35,601 nucleotides of DNA from a virus. Taxonomy: Duplodnaviria; Caudoviricetes. Shown piece by piece: positions 26,101 to 35,419 of this stretch. A program made the position numbers and the translations under genes. The stretch lies in the IMG/VR virus record IMGVR_UViG_3300020042_005013, positions 1 through 35,601 of that record. One strand, given 5' to 3'. Position 1 is the first letter of the stretch. Each line of letters opens with the position of its first letter. The notes under the pieces were generated by a model. That model was not told where the DNA came from. It did not search any database and was given only the letters and a program-made list of their open reading frames with translations.

Positions 26101-27037
26101 CTTGCGCCTGTGCCTGTGCCTGAGCGGCGGCCTGCGCCTGTGCTTGCTCAGCGGCCTGAGCTTGCGCCTGAGCTTCTGCCTGCGCTTGGGCGGCGGCGAC
26201 GCGCTGAGCTTCGGCTTGCGCAGCCGCCTGAGCCTGAGCTTGAGCTGCAGCCTGTGCCTGAGCAGCGGCATCAGCGGCGGCTCTCTCGGCAGCGGCACGT
26301 TCAGCTGCAGCGCGCTGGGCAGCGGCCTGAGTAGCCTGCTCCCGCTTATCATTAAGTTCTGTTTGCTGTCTTTGGAAAGCAGCCGCAGCCGCAGCCGCGC
26401 GTTCAGAGGCAGCTCTTTCGGCTTCAACTCTGGCTGCAAGATTCCGTTCAGCTTCAACACGCTGGGCTTCCGCTTGTGCAGCGGCTCGATCAGCGGCGAC
26501 TCTTTCAGCTTCGGCTTGAGCTGCGGCTGCACGTTGAGCAGCTGCTTCATCAGCAGCGCGATCAGCCTCTATTTGCTGCGCTTCTGCTTCTGCAGCAGCA
26601 CGTTCGCTCGCAGCTCGTTCGGCAGCAGCACGTTCGACAGCAGCTTGATCTGGGACTGGATTATATACTTCTTCACGCATGCCGTAGTTAAAATCGGGCT
26701 CGTAATAATTATACTCAGAGTCGCGACCGCGACCATTAAAGACCTGTGGGGCTGGCGTATAAACTGGGGCGGGAGCGGGTGTATAAACTGGTTCAGGCGT
26801 GTAAATTTCTTCAGCGGCCTGAACGTCGTAATCATAAGGCTCGTAGTAATCATATTCGCCGCCACGCCCGCGACCGATGCCACGCGCAGGCGTGTAAACC
26901 GGAGGCGGCGTGTAAACAGGCGGCGGCGCTACCGGAGCCGGGGAATACTGAGCAACCGCAGCAGCGATAGCCTGTTGAAAGGCAGGGCTGTTGAAATAGT
27001 CAGCATCAAATCCTTCCATGATCCCGTATTCAAACAT
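23150..27037 (-). CDS. Large low-complexity putative internal virion protein
   Basis: 1295 aa: Tyr/RG repeats, Ala/Gln/Glu/Arg coil, Gly-zipper hydrophobic block, Pro/Thr/Val-rich region, C-terminal [16 protein letters not shown] domain typical of phage virion proteins. Confidence 0.7.
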   Translation of the reverse strand: MFEYGIMEGFDADYFNSPAFQQAIAAAVAQYSPAPVAPPPVYTPPPVYTPARGIGRGRGGEYDYYEPYDYDVQAAEEIYTPEPVYTPAPAPVYTPAPQVFNGRGRDSEYNYYEPDFNYGMREEVYNPVPDQAAVERAAAERAASERAAAEAEAQQIEADRAADEAAAQRAAAAQAEAERVAADRAAAQAEAQRVEAERNLAARVEAERAASERAAAAAAAFQRQQTELNDKREQATQAAAQRAAAERAAAERAAADAAAQAQAAAQAQAQAAAQAEAQRVAAAQAQAEAQAQAQAAEQAQAQAAAQAQAQAQAQAQAQEQAQAAQRVAEVQAEAQRAQAAQRVAEVQAAAPEPAPFRGIGRDSEYNYAEPDFNYGMREEVYNPAPEPAPVYTPAPAPAQTYTPDPTTFRGIGRRGEEDLYQSGVQAAEEIYTPTPAPAPAPIPVSQPSGRGAEDYYQPGIGYIPEEVYTPAVEAAPVAGIGSPVVAAPASAPSVLETAAAPAAAPAAATDTGLQVVNNATYEPSDTDLQAMGLSRNQWNDAMASFAGIDTKLISSLRMDMVGANPDATNNYRTFKAPKSNKGNDTSYGGSFSLIEGQPIRLVDQRTGKVIFQGAGYDDAQKAIELAAGLTKAGGNKAEWDIEVGQFKNPGSGDLVFGDTFKSVARENKNASIIPEVLDILGDAALGFIIGGPIGAAIAAGASAAGVNVSDIAYPIIATAVLGPVGWAATAGAVALGSAVSSVVQGRSVEETLIRATVAGVTAGVMSGTDFGGTVTDAVGGVLKDIGFESQVGNIISGIGGSGTVDAITGDIIVNAATNAAAAAVTSGAVGSAVSSAIVDAVKTVVPDYTPSPETETLLNNVDNTATTAVAENAGAVGGDLVVNGSLVTGPASGASPIVGEVVNGVIKPIVDEVVSPLEKPPVEEPPVAEEPVKEILVRAPETVDTFPINTDPITGIGDGITRVEIPPSTVVKTDTGEAPVTEEPPAATVTGNPNTGVVNGIGSPIADGVIDRISNMEREVSEPVDDTPPAKEEPIVVTGSGTTPAAGIGGVTGSVLDTLDPIDLKPDPALTEKSTLDKIKDAAEIAADVLPIIGGVVGGGGGGTGTRTPDTSKLNFTTNNLRPTLTGNGIGGVGGRYPYTPQTYGRAGGDQETEFLFFTRDPVTGEAVVETGPATGPAGERAIPPGKKEGGEIEDDMVKHLVEYHKNGGHQGPGQVKGIGSGQEDKIPAWLSDGEYVWSAQDVADLGDGSTDEGVRRLDKMRKMVRQQAGRKDVKKIAKPQKGIDRMLKAVGGMA

Positions 27038-27038
27038 T

Positions 27039-27275
27039 CTATTCCCCCTGATTCAATGCTTGCATCAAGCGCATTGCCCATTCCCGCCAATCATCAAACA
27101 TATACGTACTCGGCGCACCACGCTGCGATACACCATCAAGAGCCAATAGACCAGAGCCCCATACTTTCCAGTCGTCTCCGGGCATAAACTGAGAAACAAC
27201 CCCATATCGTTGAAGTAATGGATAGTTAAAATCCGCCCAGAGTTCAAAGGTCGGAATGTTACGCGGATCGATCAT
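27039..27275 (-). CDS. Small Trp-rich structural-region protein
   Basis: ATGA overlap upstream; its 3' end supplies the GGGGA RBS for the next gene. Confidence 0.7.
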   Translation of the reverse strand: MIDPRNIPTFELWADFNYPLLQRYGVVSQFMPGDDWKVWGSGLLALDGVSQRGAPSTYMFDDWREWAMRLMQALNQGE

Positions 27276-28876
27276 GACTGATATCTCTTGTCAGTGGATT
27301 CGATATGAGCGAACACGTCGCCCATCTGGTAATCGCCGCCAACCGTATTGCTGGTAAACTTAAAGCGAAGCTCACGGCGCTGTTCCTTGAAGAACACCAG
27401 CTGCTCATCCGGCGTACTGGCCGTGTCTGGAAAGAACCGAACTTCAGAATTAACTTCAGGTGCGCGGACGTTGATTCGGCCCGTAATCTGGACCGACATG
27501 TCACCGGACTGCACGAAGTCAGGCTCAATCATAGCAACACGAATAGCCGCACCATTTGGATTTTGAGACAGCAAGTTACTGATGTCGCCAGTTTCAAAGT
27601 AGCTCTCAATCGCGTTCACTGACGTGCCATCGATCTCATCACTACCAACTTCATGCCGCCAAATTTTGTAGCCGACGAAGCCGGTGTCCGTAATACGTTG
27701 ATCATCATCCTCAGTTATGCGGAAAAGTGACGATTCCGTAATGCGATCCGCCCCGGTGGGAGGTGGAACAGGAATAACTCCGGCCATGATGGGCGAGTTA
27801 AAGACCTGAGCAAAGATGCCCGCAGAGCGACCAAAATTGGGAAGCTCTGTGTCGTACCATGTCCCTTCGCGGACGTTATAGATTACTGCATGCGTGCATT
27901 CAGTTGCCTCGCCACGAGGATAACACCACCAAATTTCACCGTAGCGCGGAACCTTATAGGCAAATACCTTGTTCGACTGCTGCGTGTTTAGGCCGTCGAA
28001 GAAATAGTTGATGTTCATGTTATTCGGAACTTCGCGCACAACACCGTTATACAGAAGGAATCGATCAATCCCGCACCAGTAATAGATGCCGTCATATTCG
28101 ATGACGCTGTTGGCCGCGAGAATGGATGACGAGGAGCTGATTGTATCAAACGAGAAGATGTCAGTGCCGCCCGTGTAGCTGGCACGGATAACGCTATCGA
28201 GAGTCCAGAAAAGACCGGCTGGGTTCTGACCGCCGCCGCGCAGTGGCAGTCCCTTAACAACCTTAGAAGACGAAATAAAAGCGTTACCAGCATCGCCTGT
28301 TGCAAAGTTTGTTGGGTCGTTGGCGTCAGACCATTGAACAAAACCGTTCGTGCCGTAGAGAAACAGGTAAGGATGCAGGACGCAGAGTCCCCCAGATGTT
28401 GACACTGTTGGAATCGCGGTCAGTGCCGATGAGCCATAGATATTGCCAATGTAAATGGTTTTTGCGTCAGCATTTGAAATGTCATTTGCCGTGTCTGTAG
28501 CAACACCAATAATTACTGCGCCACCGCCCGCGCCGTCGTTCATGGAATCGAGCGACCACATGTAATTATCACCACCAGAGAAGCCAATAGGCGTCCTATC
28601 GATAGGTGCGCCAGCGTTACCAAGCGTATTGATGGTCATGGACTGGATGCCATCTCCGTACCCCATGTGGGTATAGACGGAATTGTTCTGAGCCTGCGTA
28701 TGAAACTGCCGCACAATGCCCAAGGCAAAATTACTGATCTGCCGAAAGCCGCCAATCTTCCTTGGCAAGCCGCGCTGAAAGCGCACCCACTGACCGTCAA
28801 CGTAGTTCGAGCCTTCGAACTTCGTGCCATCCCGCTTAATTCCGGGGTCTGACTTAATGTTGACGGGCGTTAGCAT
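27272..28876 (-). CDS. Tail nozzle/head-closure protein (P22 gp10 or T7 gp12-like)
   Basis: 534 aa, beta-rich; PGIKRDGT..., WVRF..G.P.KIGG, EIWWCYP, VIYN..E.TW motifs; lies between fibre and ejected-protein genes. Confidence 0.7.
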   Translation of the reverse strand: MLTPVNIKSDPGIKRDGTKFEGSNYVDGQWVRFQRGLPRKIGGFRQISNFALGIVRQFHTQAQNNSVYTHMGYGDGIQSMTINTLGNAGAPIDRTPIGFSGGDNYMWSLDSMNDGAGGGAVIIGVATDTANDISNADAKTIYIGNIYGSSALTAIPTVSTSGGLCVLHPYLFLYGTNGFVQWSDANDPTNFATGDAGNAFISSSKVVKGLPLRGGGQNPAGLFWTLDSVIRASYTGGTDIFSFDTISSSSSILAANSVIEYDGIYYWCGIDRFLLYNGVVREVPNNMNINYFFDGLNTQQSNKVFAYKVPRYGEIWWCYPRGEATECTHAVIYNVREGTWYDTELPNFGRSAGIFAQVFNSPIMAGVIPVPPPTGADRITESSLFRITEDDDQRITDTGFVGYKIWRHEVGSDEIDGTSVNAIESYFETGDISNLLSQNPNGAAIRVAMIEPDFVQSGDMSVQITGRINVRAPEVNSEVRFFPDTASTPDEQLVFFKEQRRELRFKFTSNTVGGDYQMGDVFAHIESTDKRYQS

Positions 28877-29319
28877 CAGGGCTTCACTGGCCAGACAATG
28901 TTAAATGGATCTGGTTGCGTTGTAACATCACGAAGCTGCTGGCGATAGGCCTCATATGCAGTTTTGTCAGCTGGCGAATCAGGAAGCTGCGTCCAGTCGC
29001 TTTCTTGAAGAAGCAGGTTCCGGCTAGAACGAATAGACGCCCACTGTACAACAGTTCTAGCCGCGATCTCGTCCTGCGATGCGTTGGTCACAACCCAGAC
29101 CTGATTCCAAGCATTTCCTGAGAAAGTTGGCGTGCCTTCGCTAATGTTTTTATCATGCCCTATGGTCGGCATATCAGTTGAAACCACCTCAACATAGTTC
29201 TGTGGGGGGTTAAAGCCGCTGACTGGCCACGAGGTGTTCGGGAAGAGTAGGCGAATATCACCTTCGTATAGTGGATATTGAGCTACCTCGTCTTCTACTA
29301 TGTGGGCGTACATAGCCAT
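28876..29319 (-). CDS. Tail fibre assembly chaperone-like protein
   Basis: W..IR..RN.LL.ESDWTQLPDSP...YRQ.LRD..Q...P..IVWP.KP. Confidence 0.85.
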   Translation of the reverse strand: MAMYAHIVEDEVAQYPLYEGDIRLLFPNTSWPVSGFNPPQNYVEVVSTDMPTIGHDKNISEGTPTFSGNAWNQVWVVTNASQDEIAARTVVQWASIRSSRNLLLQESDWTQLPDSPADKTAYEAYRQQLRDVTTQPDPFNIVWPVKP

Positions 29320-29330
29320 TCGATATTCCT

Positions 29331-30641
29331 TTACAAAAAGACCAGAGTGTTGGCGTCTGTATTTGTTGAATCAGTTATGGTTGGTGTAAATGCAGTCATA
29401 GCAACATCTGTAATAGTAAGGGAAGTGCTGGCAACGATATACGTTGAAGTAGAAACGGTTAAGTCGCCATTTGCATATGTGTAAGACACTCCAAAACCTC
29501 CCGTTTTTGTGTACGTACCGGTTTTGCTACCATCAGAAGGCAGCTTTGCGTTCATCCCATTGCCAATGGAGCTAGGGTCAAAGTTGCCAACAAGGTACAT
29601 AGAGCCCTCATTATCAACCTTAACTCCGTTAAAAAACCCATTTGTAGAGGCTGAGCTGATCATGCCTCCGGTTAATTTTCTTTGGAAAATAAGGTTCCCG
29701 GAAGTGTCAAACTTTAAGACCCTCGCAATGGCCAGCCCACTAGTGCAGTAAATGTATCCATCCTGCCCGAAGCAAATGGATTGAATGCGATAATTCGTGG
29801 ATATTGCAGACGATGCGTCAATATTTCGCTGCCATAGGATTGCACCGCTTGTATCAAATTTAACTAAAAATCCCTTGTAAAGAAGTGGATTGGTAAGATC
29901 TGTCCCACCAACGTAAATGTTTCCAGACGAGTCAGTGATAATACTATTGAACGTGCAGTTTGTTGTCGTGTCAGAAAGGGAAAGGTAGATCTGCCATTGC
30001 AAAACACCGGAGCTATTGTACTTTACGAGTACAGGCCGCGTATTTGATAAGGTTATATATTCAAGGCCAATTGCAAAGACATTCCCGGATGAGTCTACTG
30101 CCACCCCAGCGCCGGAATAGCCATAAGCGCCCTTCATGTTTTTTTGAAACACGAATGCACCAGCACTGCTTATTTTGGCAACGCCCGTTCCAGAGGTTAC
30201 TGTTATAGCTGGGCCGCAAGCGTAGAGATTTCCAGCACTGTCCGTCGTCCCAAAATTGCTAAAATAATTAATTGTATTTGTACCGCTAGTGCCGTTACCG
30301 CCAAAAGGATTATACGCCCGTCTGGAGGTAATTGCGCCGGTGTAATCTGTTTTGGTAATCAATAAATCGAAATTACCAGCGCTTGCAAAGAGAGTAGTAT
30401 TTCCATTACTATCCGTAATTGAAGCCCCAACATTTATCCCAGATGAGTTTGATTGCCGCTTTTGAAAAACAAGCGACCCATCTGGCGTAAACTTTGAGAA
30501 GTGGGCTCCGCCGATAGTTCCGTAAAGATAGGAGCTTCCTGAATTATCAAAGCCAATCTGCCACAGGTCAGGGTTCCCAGAACCATATGTGGCAATGAAG
30601 TAGGTATCATTCGCAGACATCAAGATATCGCGACTGCTCAT
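29331..30641 (-). CDS. Beta-propeller protein, putative receptor-binding tail component
   Basis: Repeated D(S)SGNxY..G and K(F/Y)(D/N)xSG...(W/F)Q blades; start at the ATGA overlap (MSSRDIL). Confidence 0.75.
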   Translation of the reverse strand: MSSRDILMSANDTYFIATYGSGNPDLWQIGFDNSGSSYLYGTIGGAHFSKFTPDGSLVFQKRQSNSSGINVGASITDSNGNTTLFASAGNFDLLITKTDYTGAITSRRAYNPFGGNGTSGTNTINYFSNFGTTDSAGNLYACGPAITVTSGTGVAKISSAGAFVFQKNMKGAYGYSGAGVAVDSSGNVFAIGLEYITLSNTRPVLVKYNSSGVLQWQIYLSLSDTTTNCTFNSIITDSSGNIYVGGTDLTNPLLYKGFLVKFDTSGAILWQRNIDASSAISTNYRIQSICFGQDGYIYCTSGLAIARVLKFDTSGNLIFQRKLTGGMISSASTNGFFNGVKVDNEGSMYLVGNFDPSSIGNGMNAKLPSDGSKTGTYTKTGGFGVSYTYANGDLTVSTSTYIVASTSLTITDVAMTAFTPTITDSTNTDANTLVFL

Positions 30642-32995
30642 TTTACATCGCGTCCCAAAACAAAGCCGCTCCAAGTCGTGCCGTTGTCGTATGTATAGAA
30701 GCCAAGAACGTCACGACCAAGAGAGGTCAACGTAGGCGCGCTGCCGCCGGGCCACTTCACGTTTGCCCACCATGTAATTGTGTAACCGCCTCCGTTCGTT
30801 ATGTCGAAGATAAGCGATACAGCAGTTCCTGTAATTGGAATATTTGAAACGGTGTAAGTCGTTGTCCCTGTAACCGTATGGGCAAAATAGTTGCCATTTG
30901 CGAGGTTTAGGTTGTTAGCAACTGTTATGGTTTTAGTCTCACGCATCGCCGTTGAAAGAAGCGTGGTAAACGTGCCGGTCGATGGAGTTGTGCCCCCAAT
31001 TGCAGGAGGGGAAGAGAGATCAAGCGCCCCACCAAGCGTAAGGCTTCCGCTGACAGTAACTGTCCCTGAGAGGGATATACCGCTAACAGTTCCAGTTCCA
31101 CTAACCGAGGTGACAGATCCAGCCGATGCGCTTGACCATATAGGAGCAGTGCTAGAGCCTTGCGAAGTCAGAACCTGCCCTGCCGTACCATAGTTTGCAC
31201 CAGCAAGACCAAACTGCCCTACTGGCCCGATACGAAAGCGCTCAACAAAGGTAACAGCATTGCCCGCAGTGCCAGAGACGGCGTTGTACCAAACATGAAC
31301 ACCAGCCTCTTGGCTGTATTTTGCAGCAAGGCCAGTGCCGATATATTTGTAGCCAGCGTTGTAATAGACGTTGCTATCAACTTCTCCGTACTGATTGTTG
31401 AATGCAATCGCGCCGCCACTGGCAATTTGAAGCGCAGTCTGACCGCTCCAAGCGCTCGGGGTCACACCAATACCGACGTTCGTTCCATCGTCATACACGA
31501 CCGATGCAGATACTGCTGAGCCCCCATTTCCTTTAACCAGATAACCGCTTGTCAACGTAGTCGCACCAGTGCCGCCATTGCCAACGCCAAGTGTTCCGCT
31601 GATGTGCGTTGTTAGACCAATTTTACCCCATAATGGGGCTGTGGCAACGCCGCCTGAGATTAAGGCATTTCCTGTTGCGACATCAGCCAGCTTGCTCAGC
31701 GCCGTCGAGCTAGAGGCGTACAGGATGTCACCAGTGGTATAGCTGCTCTGCCCAGTGCCACCCTGAGGAGCGCTCAATGGCGTCGTCAGGCCAGACAGTG
31801 ATGTTATGTCGGTATTAGCCCCGGACTGAGCCGCACTCATTGCGGTACGCGCATCTGCCGCCGTTACCGCCGTAAAGACGTTGATGCCGACCGAAGTACC
31901 GCCAAGGTTTACGCGGGCTCCAGATTCTGTGGTTGCGCCCGTACCACCCTGCGAGACTAACACTGGGAAGGAAAAAGATGCCGTGTCAGCGAGAACAACG
32001 TCAGTTCCGTTGCAATAAAAAATTGCGCGTGCGCCTTGGGCAATAGCAACGCCCGGTTGACCTGAAACTTTTACCGTAAGAGTGTAGCCGCCAGTAGTGT
32101 CGTTTGAAATCCAGTATTGCTGGAAGGTTGCGGGTACTTCAATCGAGACGTTGTTCGCAAGCGCACCATAGAAAGAATAAGCGATACGATTCAAATTTGC
32201 CCCGGAAAGAGTGTAAACACTTCCAGATCCAGTTAGGTTAACCGTAACGTAATCAAACAGAAACTCAGGGGCCTGCCCGAATCCAATCGTAAAGAACCCA
32301 GTGCCGTCGCAGCTAATGATTGAGCTATCGCCCGGATTAAATGCCAAGGTTGCTGCGCCATTGATCAATTCGCCACCAACTGGATTGATGTTGATTGCAC
32401 CAGTTCCGCTGTTCCGAACCTGACAAAACCAATCAGAGCCAACCACAGAAGCCGAAGGCAATGTAAGTGTACCAGCGCCGCCAGTCCACAGAAACGCACC
32501 AGACCTATCGGGATCACCAATGGTGTAGTTTGTATTCAGTGTTGTGACGTTCATCGACTGGTTCAGCGTTGTGCCAATAGCCTTAATGCCAGCTCCGACC
32601 AAAGAGCCCGCTGTTGCTGAAGATGTTCCAGCGGCATACTGCGTTGAACGCCACGTTCCATTCGTGGTGGTGTTACCAATTAGATAGACCTGATATGAGA
32701 GGCCCGGAGCGATAGAGACAATCGTGTTACCGCTGGTGTCTTTGACTATGAAGGCAAAAGAACCGGCATTGAAGAACAGAGATGTCTCACCAACCGATAC
32801 CTCAGTCGCAGGCGGCATAAAGATACTCAGAGACGCTACAGACGGCGTAACATCCATGATTTGCGCAACAACATTAGTGCTTGTCGCAACTTCAGTGGGC
32901 CAAGTAAGGATCTGGTTTGCAGAAAGAGCAATCGCCCGATAGCTTACGCCAGCAGGATAGATCGTTGTGCCGCCAAAAGTTTGAGTAAACGTCAT
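30638..32995 (-). CDS. Tail fibre protein
   Basis: 785 aa, Gly/Thr/Ser-rich; three GGTG units, NVGIG..P segment, C-terminal VKWPGG.APTLT domain. Confidence 0.8.
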   Translation of the reverse strand: MTFTQTFGGTTIYPAGVSYRAIALSANQILTWPTEVATSTNVVAQIMDVTPSVASLSIFMPPATEVSVGETSLFFNAGSFAFIVKDTSGNTIVSIAPGLSYQVYLIGNTTTNGTWRSTQYAAGTSSATAGSLVGAGIKAIGTTLNQSMNVTTLNTNYTIGDPDRSGAFLWTGGAGTLTLPSASVVGSDWFCQVRNSGTGAININPVGGELINGAATLAFNPGDSSIISCDGTGFFTIGFGQAPEFLFDYVTVNLTGSGSVYTLSGANLNRIAYSFYGALANNVSIEVPATFQQYWISNDTTGGYTLTVKVSGQPGVAIAQGARAIFYCNGTDVVLADTASFSFPVLVSQGGTGATTESGARVNLGGTSVGINVFTAVTAADARTAMSAAQSGANTDITSLSGLTTPLSAPQGGTGQSSYTTGDILYASSSTALSKLADVATGNALISGGVATAPLWGKIGLTTHISGTLGVGNGGTGATTLTSGYLVKGNGGSAVSASVVYDDGTNVGIGVTPSAWSGQTALQIASGGAIAFNNQYGEVDSNVYYNAGYKYIGTGLAAKYSQEAGVHVWYNAVSGTAGNAVTFVERFRIGPVGQFGLAGANYGTAGQVLTSQGSSTAPIWSSASAGSVTSVSGTGTVSGISLSGTVTVSGSLTLGGALDLSSPPAIGGTTPSTGTFTTLLSTAMRETKTITVANNLNLANGNYFAHTVTGTTTYTVSNIPITGTAVSLIFDITNGGGYTITWWANVKWPGGSAPTLTSLGRDVLGFYTYDNGTTWSGFVLGRDVK

Positions 32996-32997
32996 GA

Positions 32998-33651
32998 TCA
33001 GTCTTCCCTGCGAGTGATGCCGCGATCCACAATCTGACGGATGTCTTCGCCATTGAGAGACGCGAGAGCGCGATTATAAAAGTTTTCCCAAATTGGAATC
33101 CGCTCATCGTTTTTCAGGAACGGCGTTGCCTCAAGAAGCGAGGCATAGAGCAGAATGTTTGGCGCAAATTCAGTGTACCAGTTCGTCTGGGTCGTGTCGT
33201 CAAGCAAGGGTGGCAGCTCGTAATAAAGGATCTCATACGGAAATGCTGCACTTGGCGTTGGAGAGATTAACCAGTGGCTATAGTCGTAATCCGCATAGAA
33301 CCTTGGCGTTCCAGTGACGGTTGCGTTTGGGTTATACAAACGGATATATTCATACGACCGAGGAAAAATTTCTAGTCGCGTGTTATTGCTTGCGCCAGTT
33401 CCAACGAACATACTTACGGTTTCGCGCCACCGATCAGGCTTAGCGTAAACTGAACCACCTGCATTAAACGCGGAATTGACAACATTGATAGTGCCTTGAA
33501 CCTTCAGTTCCCGCGCCAGACGGCGCTCAGCCATATTAATTAACTGCGGAAGCTGCTCATATACCGTAGGATCGGTAGCCAACGTCTCTCCGCGCTCAAG
33601 GTAAGCCCTGAGGTCGTTAAGTAAGCTGTTGTACGTCATAGCAGTTGGCAT
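32998..33651 (-). CDS. Head-tail adaptor (P22 gp4/tail tubular A-like)
   Basis: MTY..L...L..YL.R, I.MAE.RL.R.L, G.P.FY, P.P...Y, TNW....P..LLY.SL.EA..FLKND pattern. Confidence 0.78.
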   Translation of the reverse strand: MPTAMTYNSLLNDLRAYLERGETLATDPTVYEQLPQLINMAERRLARELKVQGTINVVNSAFNAGGSVYAKPDRWRETVSMFVGTGASNNTRLEIFPRSYEYIRLYNPNATVTGTPRFYADYDYSHWLISPTPSAAFPYEILYYELPPLLDDTTQTNWYTEFAPNILLYASLLEATPFLKNDERIPIWENFYNRALASLNGEDIRQIVDRGITRRED

Positions 33652-33705
33652 AACATGAACCTATATCAGTTTTTTACGTTTTGCACACCAGAAAACCCAC
33701 GTCAA

Positions 33706-34887
33706 TCATGCAGGATCTAGCATCTCTGGGCAAGCGTACACACGCATACCTTGACCGAACTTTTTGTGGTATGTAATCGAACACACCTCCCTGTCCGAAA
33801 ACCACGCGCCGCGAGAGGCGTATGCGTCCCGTGCGGCCAGTGTCGGGTGTTGGAACACCTTCAGGCCTGCGTGTTCCTCCTCCTTGGTGTGGTGGTAATT
33901 CCCTGTGTGGCAGTAGCGTTTCTTCGTGCGGCCCCATATCTCGGAGAACATTGCGGGGATGATTTCACGCATCGCGTTGAACTTCTTCAGGTGGCTGTGA
34001 TGGAAGGTCAACATGACTTCGCCAAATTCATAGGCGTAATACGGCAGTGCGCTGTCATCGACCGTGATGCGCGGCTCGTTCTCATACAGCGCCTTGAACA
34101 TCGTGCGCAGCCAGACAGACGACGCCATGTCGTGATTGCCTTCCGCGAGGATGACGTGGACGTTCTTGTGCTTGGCCAACAACATGGTTATGATGCGGCG
34201 CAGCACACGCACAGCGACCTCAACCATCTTGGTGAAGCGCCCGTCGGCGTCGAGGACATGCCCGCTGGTCGGCGTGACTGCGGACAGGCCGTCGTAGTGC
34301 AGCAAGTCGCCAAGCTGGTTCAGGACGGCCATCTCGCTGTCTGGCGAGGACTTGATGATTTGTTCGAAGCAGCCGACGATGACGGCCTCCGCTATTTGCA
34401 AATCCCAGTCGGCCTGCATATTCTCGCGGTGCCACGCCAGCATACCGATGTGCGCGTCGGTCAGCGTGTACATTGTTAGCAGGTCGGCGTTGAACTGCTC
34501 TGGCGCGACGATTGGATCGAGGCGCGGTAGAGTATTCGCCAGCGCGTTCACGGCGGCGGCGAACATCTCTTGCTGTCGCTCCGCGTCAAGGGACGCTTTA
34601 ACCCACTGGCCTGTGGGGTTGCCGTCCTTGTTGTAGTATGTGGACACGCCCTTGGCAACGTAGCCATCTGGCACGGGTCGCATAAAGTTGTATTCGGGAG
34701 CGTATCCCATCTTCGCGGCCCTGCGCCTGACGTTGGTGTACGTCTCCGACGCGCCACCCTTCCACAGGCCGAGGGCTTCATCAGCCTTTTTGGCGCTACC
34801 GTACTCAATTATGGCTTCAAGCACCTTGCGTTGGTGCGCCGTGCAGTAGTCTAGATACTGCTCATCTATTTTCAATGCTTTTGGCAT
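33706..34887 (-). CDS. Calcineurin-like metallophosphoesterase with N-terminal HTH-like region
   Basis: TDAHIG, LGDLLH, GNHD, HHSH, TGNYHH motifs; N-terminal GSAKKADEALG. Confidence 0.85.
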   Translation of the reverse strand: MPKALKIDEQYLDYCTAHQRKVLEAIIEYGSAKKADEALGLWKGGASETYTNVRRRAAKMGYAPEYNFMRPVPDGYVAKGVSTYYNKDGNPTGQWVKASLDAERQQEMFAAAVNALANTLPRLDPIVAPEQFNADLLTMYTLTDAHIGMLAWHRENMQADWDLQIAEAVIVGCFEQIIKSSPDSEMAVLNQLGDLLHYDGLSAVTPTSGHVLDADGRFTKMVEVAVRVLRRIITMLLAKHKNVHVILAEGNHDMASSVWLRTMFKALYENEPRITVDDSALPYYAYEFGEVMLTFHHSHLKKFNAMREIIPAMFSEIWGRTKKRYCHTGNYHHTKEEEHAGLKVFQHPTLAARDAYASRGAWFSDREVCSITYHKKFGQGMRVYACPEMLDPA

Positions 34888-34911
34888 TAGGAGCCTTTCT
34901 GGCTGTGTCGT

Positions 34912-35184
34912 TCACTTTACGTTCACGACATCTTCCCACGCTTTTACTGTTAAGCGATGCTTTGTACTACAATCTGTATATTTCGCAATTATGTCAGCTT
35001 CCCAAAGCGCGCGCTCAGGATCAAGTAGCACCATTGGCGGATTATTTAGCGTTGGGCACTTCGACGCTAGGTTCGCCGGAGGAAGCGGCATTGGCGTCAC
35101 GGACACTGCTTTCGAGCAACCGGCGCAAAGCATCAGGAGCAGAACAATCAACAGGAATAGCAGGAACCGTTTTGTATATTTCAC
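34912..35184 (-). CDS. Rz1-like outer-membrane spanin lipoprotein
   Basis: KYTKR, hydrophobic core, lipobox-like CAGC, then Pro-rich PLPPANL..CP; overlaps the Rz gene in another frame. Start uncertain (GTG 35184 or ATG 35217). Confidence 0.8.
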   Translation of the reverse strand: MKYTKRFLLFLLIVLLLMLCAGCSKAVSVTPMPLPPANLASKCPTLNNPPMVLLDPERALWEADIIAKYTDCSTKHRLTVKAWEDVVNVK

Positions 35185-35419
35185 GAATTGTTTCGGTTCG
35201 TTTGGTTTCCACGACATTGGCTTGATCTCGTTCGACTTCGTAGGTTTCCGAAACATCATTTACTATTCCTTGTTTTTTGACGCGCGCCTTCTCGGCCTTC
35301 TCCAGCGCCTTTGCGTATGCCGCATCGCACTGCCAGTCGCGCACCGTGTATCCAGAGGCTGCGCCAATAACCAAGGCGCCTGCCAGCCCATATATCATCA
35401 GCGGGTTAATTACAGCCAT
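35042..35419 (-). CDS. Rz-like inner-membrane spanin
   Basis: N-terminal TM segment, coiled coil, C-terminal Cys; follows the endolysin. Confidence 0.82.
   Translation of the reverse strand: MAVINPLMIYGLAGALVIGAASGYTVRDWQCDAAYAKALEKAEKARVKKQGIVNDVSETYEVERDQANVVETKRTETIREIYKTVPAIPVDCSAPDALRRLLESSVRDANAASSGEPSVEVPNAK

Noticed and set aside
25892-26729. Near-identical repeat pair as a diversity-generating retroelement TR/VR
   Set aside because: Both copies are in frame within one gene, the differences are not adenine-specific, and no reverse transcriptase is in the window.
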